DNA from: Chloroflexota bacterium
GTDB taxonomy: Bacteria; Chloroflexota; UBA11872; VXOZ01
DNA: 64,000 nt
Assembly (NCBI GenBank): GCA_964291655.2
Contig: OZ219802.1
Location: forward strand, 2,432,001 to 2,496,000
Reading direction: 5' to 3'
Shown one piece after another: positions 39,300 through 50,213 of the stretch. A program made the translations under genes and the position numbers. The first letter of the stretch is position 1, and every line of letters starts with the position of its first letter. The notes under the pieces were generated by a model, which searched no databases, was not told the origin of the DNA, and saw only the letters and a list, made by a program, of their open reading frames with translations.

Positions 39300-39710
39300 G
39301 AAGCGGAATGCTCCTTTCGCTTTGCCGTCAGCAACGCGTCAGAAGCGTGCGGAATCTTGCGCTGCGGCCAGTCGATGGCCATGATCCTGGACAGGTGCGG
39401 TCCCAGGGACAGCGACTGCGGCGCTACCGAAGACATCGTGCATCCACTACGGCCCCTCACAGTCTTGCTCATGCTGCTCGGCATCAGCATGCTCCAGAGC
39501 TTACCCTTTCACCGCCGGGCCTTGGGCTCGCTGGAACACTTCCACCGCTCGCTCAGGTGCGAGGCGCTCACCGGCCGCAACTCTTCAATCCTCGCGCACT
39601 GCCGGCGTGTATTCGAAACTTGGCGCGACTTCGCAGACTGAGGGCAGCCTAATCAACCTGAAGCGCCTTCACTCTGCCCTCGATATTGAAACTCTGGTAT
39701 TGCCAACTGG
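39300..39710 (+). pseudogene. Decayed IS481-like transposase (integrase core) fragment
   Basis: LTVLLMLLGISMLQSLPFHRRALGSLEHFHRSLRCE...CRRVFETWRDF, then after a frameshift/stop NLKRLHSALDI, resembling the IS481/IS3 pattern PYHPQT.GK.ERFHRTLK.E...YN..RPH.AL. Confidence 0.65.
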
Positions 39711-39712
39711 GG

Positions 39713-40882
39713 CTACACCTCCGCGCGCCGGTCTTCCCAGGCATGCCAGTAGAGGGTCTCGATTTCCTCGTGCGATGCTTGGCGGGGGTTGCTGGCAGCG
39801 TTGGGGTCCCGGGAGCCGTTGGCAACCATGTGGGGAAGCGCTTGGGACAATTGCTCTTTCGTTACCCCAACTTCCTGTAGTGATGCCGGTATGCCAGCCT
39901 GGGTACGCAGCTTTTTCAGGGCCTCGACGAGGCAGGCAATGGGTCTATCTCCGCCCAGGCCAAGCCGCGCGGCCAGTTCGGTGTAGAGATCTGCTGCTGC
40001 CTGCGCGTTGAAGGCGACGACGTGCGGCAAGAGCAGCGCATTGGCGCGGCCATGGGAGATGCCGAAAGCCGGCGTGACTTGGTGCGAAAGCGCGTGGCAA
40101 AGTCCCAGTCCGGCGCGCATAGTAGCGCCGGCCATGGTCGCGGCCACGTGCATCTCGGCGCGGGCAGGCGAGTTTCTTGATTGTTGTACGGAAGCGGGCA
40201 GGTGCGCTATGACAGCGGCAATCGCCGCGCTTGCCAGACCTTGCGTCAGGCGATGGGATTCCACACAGGCGTACGATTCTACCGCATGCGCCAGCGCGTC
40301 GTAGCCGCTGTCTGCCGCCACGTGGTGCGGCATGGTGGCTGGCACCGCCGGATCGAGGATGGCCGCGTCGGGCGGGCCGGTAAAGAGGATTCGCTTAACC
40401 GGGGGTTGTGCGGCGGTCTCTGTAATCACCGCTCCCCGGCTGACTTCCGAGCCGGTGCCACTGGTGGAAGGAATGGCGATGCAAGCGATTTGGCCGGCCT
40501 CGCGCGGCGGCGGATTGAAGCCCGCGGCCACGAGCTCCGGCACGGATGTGTTTGGGGTTTCGCAGGCGGCACGGATAGTCTTGGTGACATCCAGCGTAGA
40601 GCCGCCGCCCAGGCCGACGATCGTATCCGGCGCAAACTCCTCGGCAAGTGCCACGCCCGCGGCGCAGGTCTCCTGCGATGGGTCGGGCTCGACGGCGTCG
40701 AATGTGGTCGTGGCTGCGCCCGCCTGGTGCGCCAGGCCGCAGACGCGTTCGGTGAATCCCAACTGCGTCATCGCGGGATCCGCCACCACCATCACCCGCT
40801 TGCCGCAGAGTGACGGCAGCACGTCTAACGCGCCGTCGCCAAGATGAATCTCGGTAGCGATTGAAAAAGACTGGATCTCCAC
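39713..40882 (-). CDS. Iron-containing alcohol dehydrogenase
   Basis: GLGGGSTLD, PSTSGTGSE, DALAHAVE, HALSH, HGRAN; AGGAGG SD before GTG. Confidence 0.92.
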   Translation of the reverse strand: MEIQSFSIATEIHLGDGALDVLPSLCGKRVMVVADPAMTQLGFTERVCGLAHQAGAATTTFDAVEPDPSQETCAAGVALAEEFAPDTIVGLGGGSTLDVTKTIRAACETPNTSVPELVAAGFNPPPREAGQIACIAIPSTSGTGSEVSRGAVITETAAQPPVKRILFTGPPDAAILDPAVPATMPHHVAADSGYDALAHAVESYACVESHRLTQGLASAAIAAVIAHLPASVQQSRNSPARAEMHVAATMAGATMRAGLGLCHALSHQVTPAFGISHGRANALLLPHVVAFNAQAAADLYTELAARLGLGGDRPIACLVEALKKLRTQAGIPASLQEVGVTKEQLSQALPHMVANGSRDPNAASNPRQASHEEIETLYWHAWEDRRAEV

Positions 40883-41312
40883 AAGCAGTAGTCCTCCTAT
40901 GTCTTGAGTCAACGAACCTAAGCTGCCAAGATGGAATGCATACGTCTAAGTTGGCCGGTTAGAGTTGAGGTCATTCTACTCTCTGAAGCGCGGTGCTGCA
41001 CCAAAGAAACGCCGAGAGATGTATCGCTGCGTTGATTGCGTACGTCTCCATAAGCGAAATAGTGAGCGTGATTGTGCTAGGCAACTGCAGCAAAGAACAC
41101 ATGCGGCATTTTTCCGCTCAAGGTGTCGGCCCTAGGTGTTTGCCTATTGGGGGATATTCATACCAGGTGAATCTTCTGGATTCGACACCTTCCGCTTGAC
41201 TCGTTGTATGGATGATTGCGACAATAATTCCTAGGAGTTTACTAGGAATTCGACAATTGCCCATAAACAGGATACAAGAGAATCGTCGGTTTCCATTGTG
41301 AAAGGATTGCTG

Positions 41313-43157
41313 ATGGCTACAACTACACCGCGAAGTACCCCGGTTGAGCACGAAGCTGTTGGTGAGAATGGGCTGCTCCGTGTGTCTGCGCTGGCGGACT
41401 TGCAGGAGCAGGGCGTTGTGACGGCGACGGGGCAGGGACATACCATTGCCGTGTTCTGGCACAACGAGCAGGCGTACGCCGTGGACAATCGCTGTCCCCA
41501 TATGGGCTTTCCGCTGGCGCGGGGTATCTGCGAGGATGGTGTGCTGACCTGTTACTGGCACTACGCGCGTTTCGACCTCGATTCGGGCGGCGCATTCGAC
41601 ATTTGGGCCGGTGACGTGCGCACCTATCCCGTAACTGTGCACGAGGGCGCGGTGTGGGTAGACCTGCGCGAGACAGAGAACGTAGACGAGCGGTACGCGC
41701 AGGAGGCGACTCGCCTGGCAAAGGCATTGGAACAGGGCATTTCGCTCAACCAAGCTAAAGCCGTGTTGGCTTTGCTTGATTTGAAACCCGCGGACGCGAC
41801 GAAGCGAATTGTCGCAACTACCGCCGCATACGGGCTTCAAAGAGGTTCGAGCCGCAATCCGGGAGGTTGGGGAGACGGTCTCACTATCCTAACGGCTATG
41901 GCAAACCTGCAGCCGCATCTCCTGGCAGACGACCGGCCGCTCTCCCTCTACCACGGCACGCGCCGCGTGAGCGACGACGCTATGAACCGGCAGGAACGGA
42001 TCATGCTCGATCCGCTGCCTACTGAGGCGATACCGAGCGGGCGCTTGAAGCGTTGGTTTCGGGAATACGTCGAGGTGCGCGACGCGGACGCGGCTGAGCG
42101 CACGCTGCGCACGGCCATAGCAGCAGGCTGGACGCCGGAGCAATTGCTCGACATGCTGGCCGCCGCTGCCACGGACCACTACTACCGCGACTTCTCCCAC
42201 GTCATGGATACGTTGGCCAAGGCTGCGGAACTCTTGGACATCATCGGTTGGGAGCATGCTGCGGACGTGTTGCCTGCCCTTACCAGCCAGTGGGCGCAAG
42301 CGACGCGGGAAGAAGAGCGCAACACCTGGCACCGCCCGGAGAACCTCGTGGCAATTGTAGAATCGGCGGAGGCAGAGCTCGGCACAGCCGTGGACTTCAC
42401 CGCGCAGCCGACGGGTGGCTGGAACGAGGATCTCGTCGAGGCGTTACTTGGCGACGATCCACAGGCCGGCTCCACCGCGCTGCTGGCGGCGTTTCGCGAG
42501 GGCTTGGCCCTGGCGGATGCGGCACAGGCGCTGGCGTATGCCGCGGCGTTGCGTCTCACGCGCTTTGCCGTCAGCAATGAGTTCGGCGATTGGGATACGG
42601 CCCTGCACCACTTTACCTACTGCGCGTCCCTGGCCCAAGTCGCCAAACGCGCGCCGTCCGTGGAACTGGCGCGCGGCGTGCTGCACGGCGCGATGGTGGT
42701 GTATCAAGCCCGCTTCCTCAATATGCCTGCGGCGCGTTTGCCTAATGCAAATGCCTTAGCAGCGTTGCCAGCCGATCCCGCTGTCTTGCAGGAACAACTG
42801 CTGGCGTACTGCGAGCGGCAAGGCGGCGTGGATGAGGCCGGTGCGGTGACCTATCGCTATCTGACGCTCGGCCATGAGCCGGCGCCCTTGATTGCAACTC
42901 TTGGCCATGCGGTCCTGCGCGAAGACCCCGGCTTCCACGACTTTCAGATGCTGGAAGAGGGGGTGCACTTGGCGCAGGACCTCGCCGCATCCGGTCACGC
43001 TGATGCCTCATACCAGACGCTGGTAGCAATTGCCCGCTGGCAGGCGGCCCACGCCCCTACCCGCCGCGCCACCACGCAGACGTACACCATCGCCCGCCGC
43101 CTTCATAGAGGCGAGGCCGTGTATGCCGATGCCGATGACAACGGTAGCGGATCGTGA
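41313..43157 (+). CDS. Rieske [2Fe-2S] ferredoxin domain fused to a large helical repeat domain
   Basis: NRCPHMG...TCYWH Rieske motif; the remainder is helical with His-containing repeats. Confidence 0.85.
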   Translation: MATTTPRSTPVEHEAVGENGLLRVSALADLQEQGVVTATGQGHTIAVFWHNEQAYAVDNRCPHMGFPLARGICEDGVLTCYWHYARFDLDSGGAFDIWAGDVRTYPVTVHEGAVWVDLRETENVDERYAQEATRLAKALEQGISLNQAKAVLALLDLKPADATKRIVATTAAYGLQRGSSRNPGGWGDGLTILTAMANLQPHLLADDRPLSLYHGTRRVSDDAMNRQERIMLDPLPTEAIPSGRLKRWFREYVEVRDADAAERTLRTAIAAGWTPEQLLDMLAAAATDHYYRDFSHVMDTLAKAAELLDIIGWEHAADVLPALTSQWAQATREEERNTWHRPENLVAIVESAEAELGTAVDFTAQPTGGWNEDLVEALLGDDPQAGSTALLAAFREGLALADAAQALAYAAALRLTRFAVSNEFGDWDTALHHFTYCASLAQVAKRAPSVELARGVLHGAMVVYQARFLNMPAARLPNANALAALPADPAVLQEQLLAYCERQGGVDEAGAVTYRYLTLGHEPAPLIATLGHAVLREDPGFHDFQMLEEGVHLAQDLAASGHADASYQTLVAIARWQAAHAPTRRATTQTYTIARRLHRGEAVYADADDNGSGS

Positions 43158-43199
43158 GAGCTTTAACTGAGTTGAAATAGCGGCACTTGCCCGCGCTTG

Positions 43200-46100
43200 C
43201 TACCGGATGCGGTCTCCGGCGAGAATGAGTATGCGTGCTAAGTCCGGCATTTCCTCCACGCGGCCCGCTTCAGCGTTCCACGCCAGACGCTGTCGCTGGA
43301 AATACTGCACGGTGCGGCCCAGCGTTGGGTCGTAGAGTTCCTCGGTTACGGGAAAGCCGAACCGCTCCAGGCCGCCATTGGCATTGAAGTACGCGAGGAA
43401 CCCGTGCCCCACGTAGTGACCGGTTTCCGGGAAGTACTGCACCGTCGGCGGCAGTTCCTCGCTTGGTTCCGCCTCTCGCGGCTCATGCGCGTCCCACAGC
43501 GTCAATAGTTCGTCGCCCAACAGACCCAACATGACCGCATGGGGAGTGCCGGCGAGTTGCGGACGGTACTCGAACCGGGCCTTCTCGAAGTACTGCACGG
43601 TCAGCCCGGCGCGCTGGAACTCATGGGTCACTGGGTAACCAAACCGCGCCACGCCGCCATGAGCGTCGAAGTACTCTTTGAACGCGAAGCCCACGTGCTT
43701 CCCTGTGGGGTAGTAGTAGCGGAGGCCGTTCTTCAAGTCTCGGCTCGGCGGTGTTGCTGCGATCACGGCAAAGAGACCGGGCTGCTGGGTAACGCTAATC
43801 AGCAGGCGGCCACTGGTGCGGGTTGGCAGCGGTTGCCACTGCTGCCGTATTGCATTCCACCGCGCCCAGTACACGTCGGCCGGCGTCACGCCCGGCGGCA
43901 GCCGCGGCCCAGGCAGGTAAGCGCTCAGTTCCAGCGGCCAGTCCAGGCGCGTGATGGCAGCGCCGGCACCATCGCGCAGAGAGAGTCTCGTGACCGTGTG
44001 GCCTACAAGGCTCTGCACCACGCCGTCGCGGTACTCGCGGCGCTTAATGAACTGCCCGCCTATCCGCACCATGGGCGTCATATCCAGCATTGCCGTGGTG
44101 CTACCCACCGGCACGCGTTCGAGCGGCGCCGGCGGGGTGACAAACAGATGCGCGCTCATGAAGGTGTCCACCGCCAAGCCCCCAGGCGCCCGTATCTGCG
44201 GTAGGGGATAGACTACGCCTCCTAAGAAGTCGGCCAGCAAGCGGTACATGGGTTTAAGCGGCGGATACGGGCTAAGGGCGTCCTGGAAAGTGAGGTCCAG
44301 CGGCAGAGCAGCCGGCACAACGCGCACATCTCGGGCGGCTGCGAAGGCTACCGACGCCGGTTGTCCGGCGGGCCCCGGCACGGATTGCAGCATCAGCGGT
44401 GGCGCATGCAGTACCGACACGTGGCTGGCGTGGGTGGTTACGCGGCGGTATTCGGGCTCGCTGGTATTCCGCTTGCCGCTCACGGTGATCATGAGCGGAA
44501 GCGGCTCCGGCCACTGAAGGCTGAGAGGCTCGAGCCGGACCGTCTCGTTGCGTATGTTAAGGTTCCTCCCGGCTGCCACTGCTGCCGGCTGCCAGCGGAA
44601 GCGCGCCGGACCGTAGTCAAGCCGCAGAACCACGGTCTCGCCGGGGCTGAGCGTACCGTCGTCGACTGCTTGGCGACCAATGCCCAGTGAAGGTGACTGC
44701 CAGTGCAGATTGGTCAGCAGCCAGTACCGGCTGGTGTTCGTGACGATGAGCGTGTAGTGGGCGTCCTGCCCGGCGACTAACGGTTCTTCGCTGCCTCTCA
44801 GTTCAACCTGCAGCGGTGAGCCCCGCCGCCCCGACATTGCTGTAGCGAGGACTTCGCCCTCAATGCTAGCTTCCCCCGTGACACTGCCTTGGTTTTGAGC
44901 CGCCGTCGGCTCGTGTCCACCCACGAAGGTCTCAGCTCCCGGGGCCCGCGCGTCTGGCACGTGGGTGAGGGCCATCGCGCCGGTCTGCTCGCTGGCCACG
45001 ATCACGGAGAGTATTTTCGGTTCCCGGCGAAACTTTGCCGACTCGGGTGGTATCTGCACTATTGCGGTCTCGCCGGGGCGGAGCCTACCTTTGTCGCCTA
45101 CTTGGCGACGAATGCGCAACGAGGAAATCCGCAAGTGCAAGCCGGTCAGCCACCGATACCGGCTGGCATTCGTGATGACGAGCTTGTAATGGGACATTTG
45201 CCCATCGCTTGCGGGATTCTGGCTCCTTCTCAATTCGACGCGCAGCAGCGCTGTAGACGGCGGTCCCGCCGTCGCTTTGACGTTGACTTCGTCTCTGACG
45301 CTGACTTCGTCTCTGACGCCGACTTCGTCCTCGACGCTGGCCTCGTCTGCGGTCTCTGTCCCTGGTTCGCCGAGGGTCAAGAGCATTCCTGGCGCCAACG
45401 CCTGCACGTCCACCACATGGGTAACCGTCGCCGCGACGGTCTCTTGGCTGTCGGCGATGACCGTGAGGGGCAGCGACGCCGGCCAGGGTACCGCCATGCG
45501 CGTCGGCTGGGTGGTAGTGCCATCACCAAGGACCTGGGATAGCGCGAGTTCCGCCGCGCCGCGGCGGGGGCTGAGCGGCCCATAGGCGAGTAGAATGCTG
45601 ACAGACCGGCCGGGCTCGAGCTCGCCGGGACGTTCCCACGGCCAGCCGGTGGGAAGCATCTGGGGACCTATCGCCAGCGTCGGCAACCGCCAGGTGATGT
45701 TGGTCAGAGTCTGTCCTCCCGAGTTCTTTAACGTCAGGGTACAGCGGAGGGTGTCGCCCTCGTTCAGCGGACCGGCCGGACATGTCAACGTGACGGTCAA
45801 GCGCGGTGGCCGGTTGCTCCGCGAGTTATCAGATGTGGTTCCGCCGGGGTGAGCGCCGGGGCAGGCAATCCCTTCATTGAGCTTGACCGGCAGCCCGGCC
45901 ATGCTGGCCGGAATGCCGCCCGTGAGTTGGTTGCCCCGAAAATCTGCCTCACTCAGGGCCGTGAGCGCGCCGAGGGAGTACGGAATGGTACCGGTAAACT
46001 GATTGCAGTGGAGCCACAGATACTGCACATTGGTGAGCTTGCCCAACTCGGCAGGTATGCTGCCGCTCAGCCTATTGTCGGGCATGAGGAGCCAAGTCAG

Positions 46101-46796
46101 AGCGGATAGGTTGCCCAACTGTGCGGGAATGGTGCCGTTGAGAGCCTTGTTGATCAGGACTAGGTTAAGGACACGTTGCGGCGTGCCACCGACTAAAATG
46201 CCGTCCCAACTGGAGATGCTCGTGTTCGCGTCCCAGTTCAGGTTGGCGGTCCCCATCAAGGTATCTTCCCCGGCCAGCAGTGCCGCGCAATCGGCGACCA
46301 ACCCAGCGTTGTTCGTGGGGTCGGACACCGCCCTGCCGGTGGTGCAGGCGGAAGCGAAGGTTGCCGTGGTGGAAAACTGGGTGGCGGTGAGGTTCTTTGC
46401 GCTGTCGCTGATGCTCTGCGCCACTCCGGCGGGCACATCCACCGTCACGCTGCCGTTGTTGCCGGCTGTCGGCGCGATGGTCACGCGGTACACCGTGGCG
46501 CTGTCCGCCGTGAAGTCGGTGGGGCTGCCGTTCCCCACCGTGACATCGCTCTGGGCGAATCCGGTGACGCCTTCCGAGAAGATGACAGTTACCTCGAAGG
46601 CTGCGCCGGTGACCTCCGCCGGTCCGGTGATGGTCACCGTTGCCGCTGCGGCTTGCGCACTTTGAAATGGAATCGCGTTGCTGAGCAGCAACGCCAGTAC
46701 CAAGATTGCTTTCCGTACGGGTGTTTTACCGGCACACACCAAGCCGGTGCGACGCGCCCAAGAAAGGACACGGCAGCGCAACGAGTCTTGCGTCAT
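43200..46796 (-). CDS. Large secreted/surface protein: Ig-like, plant-type LRRs, repeated beta domains and Chloroflexi-type C-terminal repeats
   Basis: Signal peptide; FEVTVIFSEGVTGF Ig-like domain; LxxNxLxGxIPxxLGxL repeats; three LTN/GLHW..L.PGE domains; two YFPETGH / GG..RFG.P.T.E / VQYF.R repeats. Confidence 0.85.
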   Translation of the reverse strand: MTQDSLRCRVLSWARRTGLVCAGKTPVRKAILVLALLLSNAIPFQSAQAAAATVTITGPAEVTGAAFEVTVIFSEGVTGFAQSDVTVGNGSPTDFTADSATVYRVTIAPTAGNNGSVTVDVPAGVAQSISDSAKNLTATQFSTTATFASACTTGRAVSDPTNNAGLVADCAALLAGEDTLMGTANLNWDANTSISSWDGILVGGTPQRVLNLVLINKALNGTIPAQLGNLSALTWLLMPDNRLSGSIPAELGKLTNVQYLWLHCNQFTGTIPYSLGALTALSEADFRGNQLTGGIPASMAGLPVKLNEGIACPGAHPGGTTSDNSRSNRPPRLTVTLTCPAGPLNEGDTLRCTLTLKNSGGQTLTNITWRLPTLAIGPQMLPTGWPWERPGELEPGRSVSILLAYGPLSPRRGAAELALSQVLGDGTTTQPTRMAVPWPASLPLTVIADSQETVAATVTHVVDVQALAPGMLLTLGEPGTETADEASVEDEVGVRDEVSVRDEVNVKATAGPPSTALLRVELRRSQNPASDGQMSHYKLVITNASRYRWLTGLHLRISSLRIRRQVGDKGRLRPGETAIVQIPPESAKFRREPKILSVIVASEQTGAMALTHVPDARAPGAETFVGGHEPTAAQNQGSVTGEASIEGEVLATAMSGRRGSPLQVELRGSEEPLVAGQDAHYTLIVTNTSRYWLLTNLHWQSPSLGIGRQAVDDGTLSPGETVVLRLDYGPARFRWQPAAVAAGRNLNIRNETVRLEPLSLQWPEPLPLMITVSGKRNTSEPEYRRVTTHASHVSVLHAPPLMLQSVPGPAGQPASVAFAAARDVRVVPAALPLDLTFQDALSPYPPLKPMYRLLADFLGGVVYPLPQIRAPGGLAVDTFMSAHLFVTPPAPLERVPVGSTTAMLDMTPMVRIGGQFIKRREYRDGVVQSLVGHTVTRLSLRDGAGAAITRLDWPLELSAYLPGPRLPPGVTPADVYWARWNAIRQQWQPLPTRTSGRLLISVTQQPGLFAVIAATPPSRDLKNGLRYYYPTGKHVGFAFKEYFDAHGGVARFGYPVTHEFQRAGLTVQYFEKARFEYRPQLAGTPHAVMLGLLGDELLTLWDAHEPREAEPSEELPPTVQYFPETGHYVGHGFLAYFNANGGLERFGFPVTEELYDPTLGRTVQYFQRQRLAWNAEAGRVEEMPDLARILILAGDRIR
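45279..45350. repeat. Intragenic tandem repeat, 4 x 18 nt (ADEASV/EDEVGV/RDEVSV/RDEVNV)
   Basis: gacgttgacttcgtctct / gacgctgacttcgtctct / gacgccgacttcgtcctc / gacgctggcctcgtctgc. Confidence 0.8.
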
Positions 46797-47629
46797 GCGC
46801 CGCCACCCGCTTCACGCCTTACGCATCCCACTTTGCTACCCACAGCTATTAACAGTGTACTTTACCTATACGGCTAGTAGTTGCTCGCAAAATATCCGTT
46901 AAGTTGAACACCTAATATACTAGATATATTAAACACATGCAATAGTCAGAATATACTTACAGGTTTGGACTGGATTATAGGGGTATAAGTAACAACATGC
47001 GAACCAAGACTTATGGTGGTTTTGCAATGTGTCACTCTAAGGTGGAAGCAATGAGGAATTTGGCGTGGGATGTTGGAAGAAATTCCTCTCCGTGTGAAAC
47101 ACGGGGCCGCTGCCTGCGCGGAATTGTAGAGGTCAGCTAATTCGTCGACAGGCATGAATACAAAGGACACTCAACGCAGTACTAAACATGACAAGCACAC
47201 ATGTCTTTCCGATCGAGGCGTTATGAAAGGTTGAGCCTACTTCACTGAATTTAGAGGACTGAGTCTCGTGGACAATATTCGACGTTGATCCAAACCTCTG
47301 CAAACCTTTTTCGACGCTGTGATCAAGAAAACGTGCTCCGTGAACTCTTCAAAGTGGAAGGCGAATACTGTAGACGAAGTACTCAACACGTACGGAGAGT
47401 GACAAGAAACGCAATTGCCGCACTAGTTTCAAGGCTAGACCTACCGATTGCGCAGTCAGATTGATGCACAAGCGGCTCAGTAAGGAACACCTGCTTCACG
47501 CGGCACGCTGGGCTGTGGCAACCCACACCGGCGGCTGACTAGAGTACAATAATGAATGCAGGAAGCGTGCTGACATTGGGCGCACTTCCCCACGAAATGG
47601 GTTCGCCGCAGAAATAGTGAGAGACTGGT

Positions 47630-49030
47630 ATGGCTGGCAAGACGCTATTCGAAAAGGTTTGGGAAAGTCATGTGGTGCATGAGGAGCCAGACGGGCCGGC
47701 ACTGCTTTACGTTGATTTGCACCTCGTGCATGAAGTTACATCGGCGCAGGCATTTGAGGGACTGCGGCTGGGCGGCCGCACCGTTCGGCGTCCCGCTCTG
47801 ACAGTGGCAACGGTCGACCACAACGTGCCCACTACAGACCGGGGGCAGCATATTGAAGACGACATTTCTCGTCGTCAAATCGAGACTATGGAGCAGAATG
47901 CAACGGAGTTTGGCCTGACGTTCTACGGGTACCGCAGCCCGAACCAAGGCATCGTGCACATCATTGGGCCGGAATTGGGCTACACGCAGCCCGGCAAGTT
48001 AATCGTCTGCGGCGACAGCCACACCTCTACGCACGGTGCGTTTGGCGCGTTTGCCCTTGGTATCGGCACGTCTGAGGTCGAGCACGTGTTGGCCACCCAA
48101 TGCCTGATACAAAAGAAGCCCAAGACCATGGAAGTGCGGGTGGATGGGACGCTGCCGCAGGGGGTCACGGCCAAGGACGTGATTCTCGGCATCATCGGGC
48201 GCATTGGGGTGGACGGCGGCGTGGGCCACGTCATTGAGTACACCGGTGAGGTAATTCGCTCGCTCTCCATGGAAGGCCGCATGACGATTTGCAACATGTC
48301 CATCGAGGGAGGCGCGCGTGCGGGCATGATCGCGCCTGACGAGAAGACGTTTGCCTATCTCAAGGGGCGCAAGCATGCGCCGCAAGGCAAAGACTGGGAA
48401 GAGGCGCTCGCACATTGGCGGACGCTATCAACCGATGCCGACGCCACCTACGATAGCGTCATTGAGATTGATGCCGCCACCCTCGTGCCCCACGTTACTT
48501 GGGGCACGAATCCTGGCCAGGTGGTTCCCGTAACCGGCTCTGTGCCCAGTCCCGGCGAGATGGCATCGCCGGACGAGCAGGCCACTGCCGAGCGGGCGCT
48601 GACGTACATGGGGCTGGAGGGCGGCACGCCTATTCAGGATATCGCCGTTGATCGCGTCTTTCTGGGATCGTGCACCAACGCTCGGTTGGAAGACCTGCGC
48701 GCGGCGGCCGGCATCGTGCGCGGCAAGCGGGTGCATCCCAATGTGCGGGCGATGGTGGTGCCGGGCTCGACGATGCTCAAGCAGAAAGCGGAATCAGAAG
48801 GTCTAAACGAGGTCTTTCAAGCTGCCGGATTCGAATGGCGCGAGGCCGGCTGCTCCATGTGCCTGGGCATGAACCCGGATATTCTCGCCCCCGGCGAGCG
48901 TTGCGCTTCCACCTCCAACCGCAACTTCGAGGGCCGCCAGGGCAAGGGCGGTCGCACCCATCTCGTCAGTCCGCAAATGGCCGCCGCCGCCGCGATTGCG
49001 GGGCGATTTGTAGACGTGCGGGAGTGGTAG
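47630..49030 (+). CDS. leuC: 3-isopropylmalate dehydratase large subunit
   Basis: [46 protein letters not shown]. Confidence 0.97.
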   Translation: MAGKTLFEKVWESHVVHEEPDGPALLYVDLHLVHEVTSAQAFEGLRLGGRTVRRPALTVATVDHNVPTTDRGQHIEDDISRRQIETMEQNATEFGLTFYGYRSPNQGIVHIIGPELGYTQPGKLIVCGDSHTSTHGAFGAFALGIGTSEVEHVLATQCLIQKKPKTMEVRVDGTLPQGVTAKDVILGIIGRIGVDGGVGHVIEYTGEVIRSLSMEGRMTICNMSIEGGARAGMIAPDEKTFAYLKGRKHAPQGKDWEEALAHWRTLSTDADATYDSVIEIDAATLVPHVTWGTNPGQVVPVTGSVPSPGEMASPDEQATAERALTYMGLEGGTPIQDIAVDRVFLGSCTNARLEDLRAAAGIVRGKRVHPNVRAMVVPGSTMLKQKAESEGLNEVFQAAGFEWREAGCSMCLGMNPDILAPGERCASTSNRNFEGRQGKGGRTHLVSPQMAAAAAIAGRFVDVREW

Positions 49031-49188
49031 GCAACGGGAAAAACCAAACAGCACTTGAATTGGCACGCGAATAGTCGATGAGCCTGCAAGCAAAGGTGAT
49101 GTCAAGGAACGAGCATGTTGGCCTTGATCGCGCGCTAGTAACCGCCCACCCTTGATGCGGGTAAACTCCACTTTATAGAGAAAGAACG

Positions 49189-49797
49189 ATGGATCCATTT
49201 GTAAAACACACCGGCACAGTAGCCGCTCTCGACCGCGCCAGTGTCGATACCGACCAGATTATTCCGAAGCAGTTTCTCAAGCGCATCGAGCGCACGGGAT
49301 ACGGTCCGTTTGCCTTCTTCGACTGGCGCTACTTCGAGGACGGCACGACGCTGAACCCGGACTTCGAATTGAATGACGCTCGTTACGAGGGCGCGAGCAT
49401 TCTCGTGACCGGCAGGAACTTTGGCTGCGGCTCCTCGCGGGAACATGCGGCATGGGCACTGAAAGAATTTGGATTTCTGACGATCATTGCCCCGAGTTTT
49501 GCCGATATCTTTGCCAACAACGCGGTGGAGAACGGTATGCTCACGGTGGTCCTGCCACCGGAAGACGTAGCCACGCTCACAGAACGGGCCCAGACCATGG
49601 ATGGGTACAGATTGACGGTGGACCTGGCAAACACCACAGTACAAGACGACCATAGCTTTGCGGCATCGTTCCCGATCGATGCTACCGTTCAGCACCGCCT
49701 GCTCAACGGTCTGGACGCGGTAGGGCTTACGCTGCAGCAGGAAGACGCCATTAGCGCGTTTGAGGAACAGCGGCCGGCATGGCTGGGGACATCCTAA
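49189..49797 (+). CDS. leuD: 3-isopropylmalate dehydratase small subunit
   Basis: DTDQIIPKQFL, NFGCGSSREHA, SFADIF. Confidence 0.97.
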   Translation: MDPFVKHTGTVAALDRASVDTDQIIPKQFLKRIERTGYGPFAFFDWRYFEDGTTLNPDFELNDARYEGASILVTGRNFGCGSSREHAAWALKEFGFLTIIAPSFADIFANNAVENGMLTVVLPPEDVATLTERAQTMDGYRLTVDLANTTVQDDHSFAASFPIDATVQHRLLNGLDAVGLTLQQEDAISAFEEQRPAWLGTS

Positions 49798-50213
49798 GCG
49801 GGAATATCTGCTAGTTTGGCAATAGTGAAGGCCGCGCCGGGAAACCGATGCGGCCTTTCGATTCACATGTGAACTTATGACAGCTAGCGCTTTTCTTGAG
49901 CGAATTGTTCTGTGCCACCAATGGAGGACTTTAGATTCCGCGCTTCGCTCGGAATGACATGATCAGTCAACACTGCCATTTGGTGAGAGCAATCTGCCAA
50001 CGAAATTCTCAACATTGACCGAAATGACACACCAACTTCAACAGCGGGAACTGAGCGTTGTAAATGTGCACAGCCAGCATCATGAGTCGAAGTAAGGGGT
50101 TCTCCGGCTCTCACAGTCATGTCCAGAGCCGCTCAGCAGAGGTTGGGAAGCCGCTAACGTACTTTCCTCGGCGGAATGTAGCACGGGGGCTTGTCCTCCG
50201 CTCGGCGGCAGGA

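Noticed and set aside
46900-47470. Coding remnant in the AT-rich gap before leuC
   Set aside because: Short frames with stops and no recognisable family similarity
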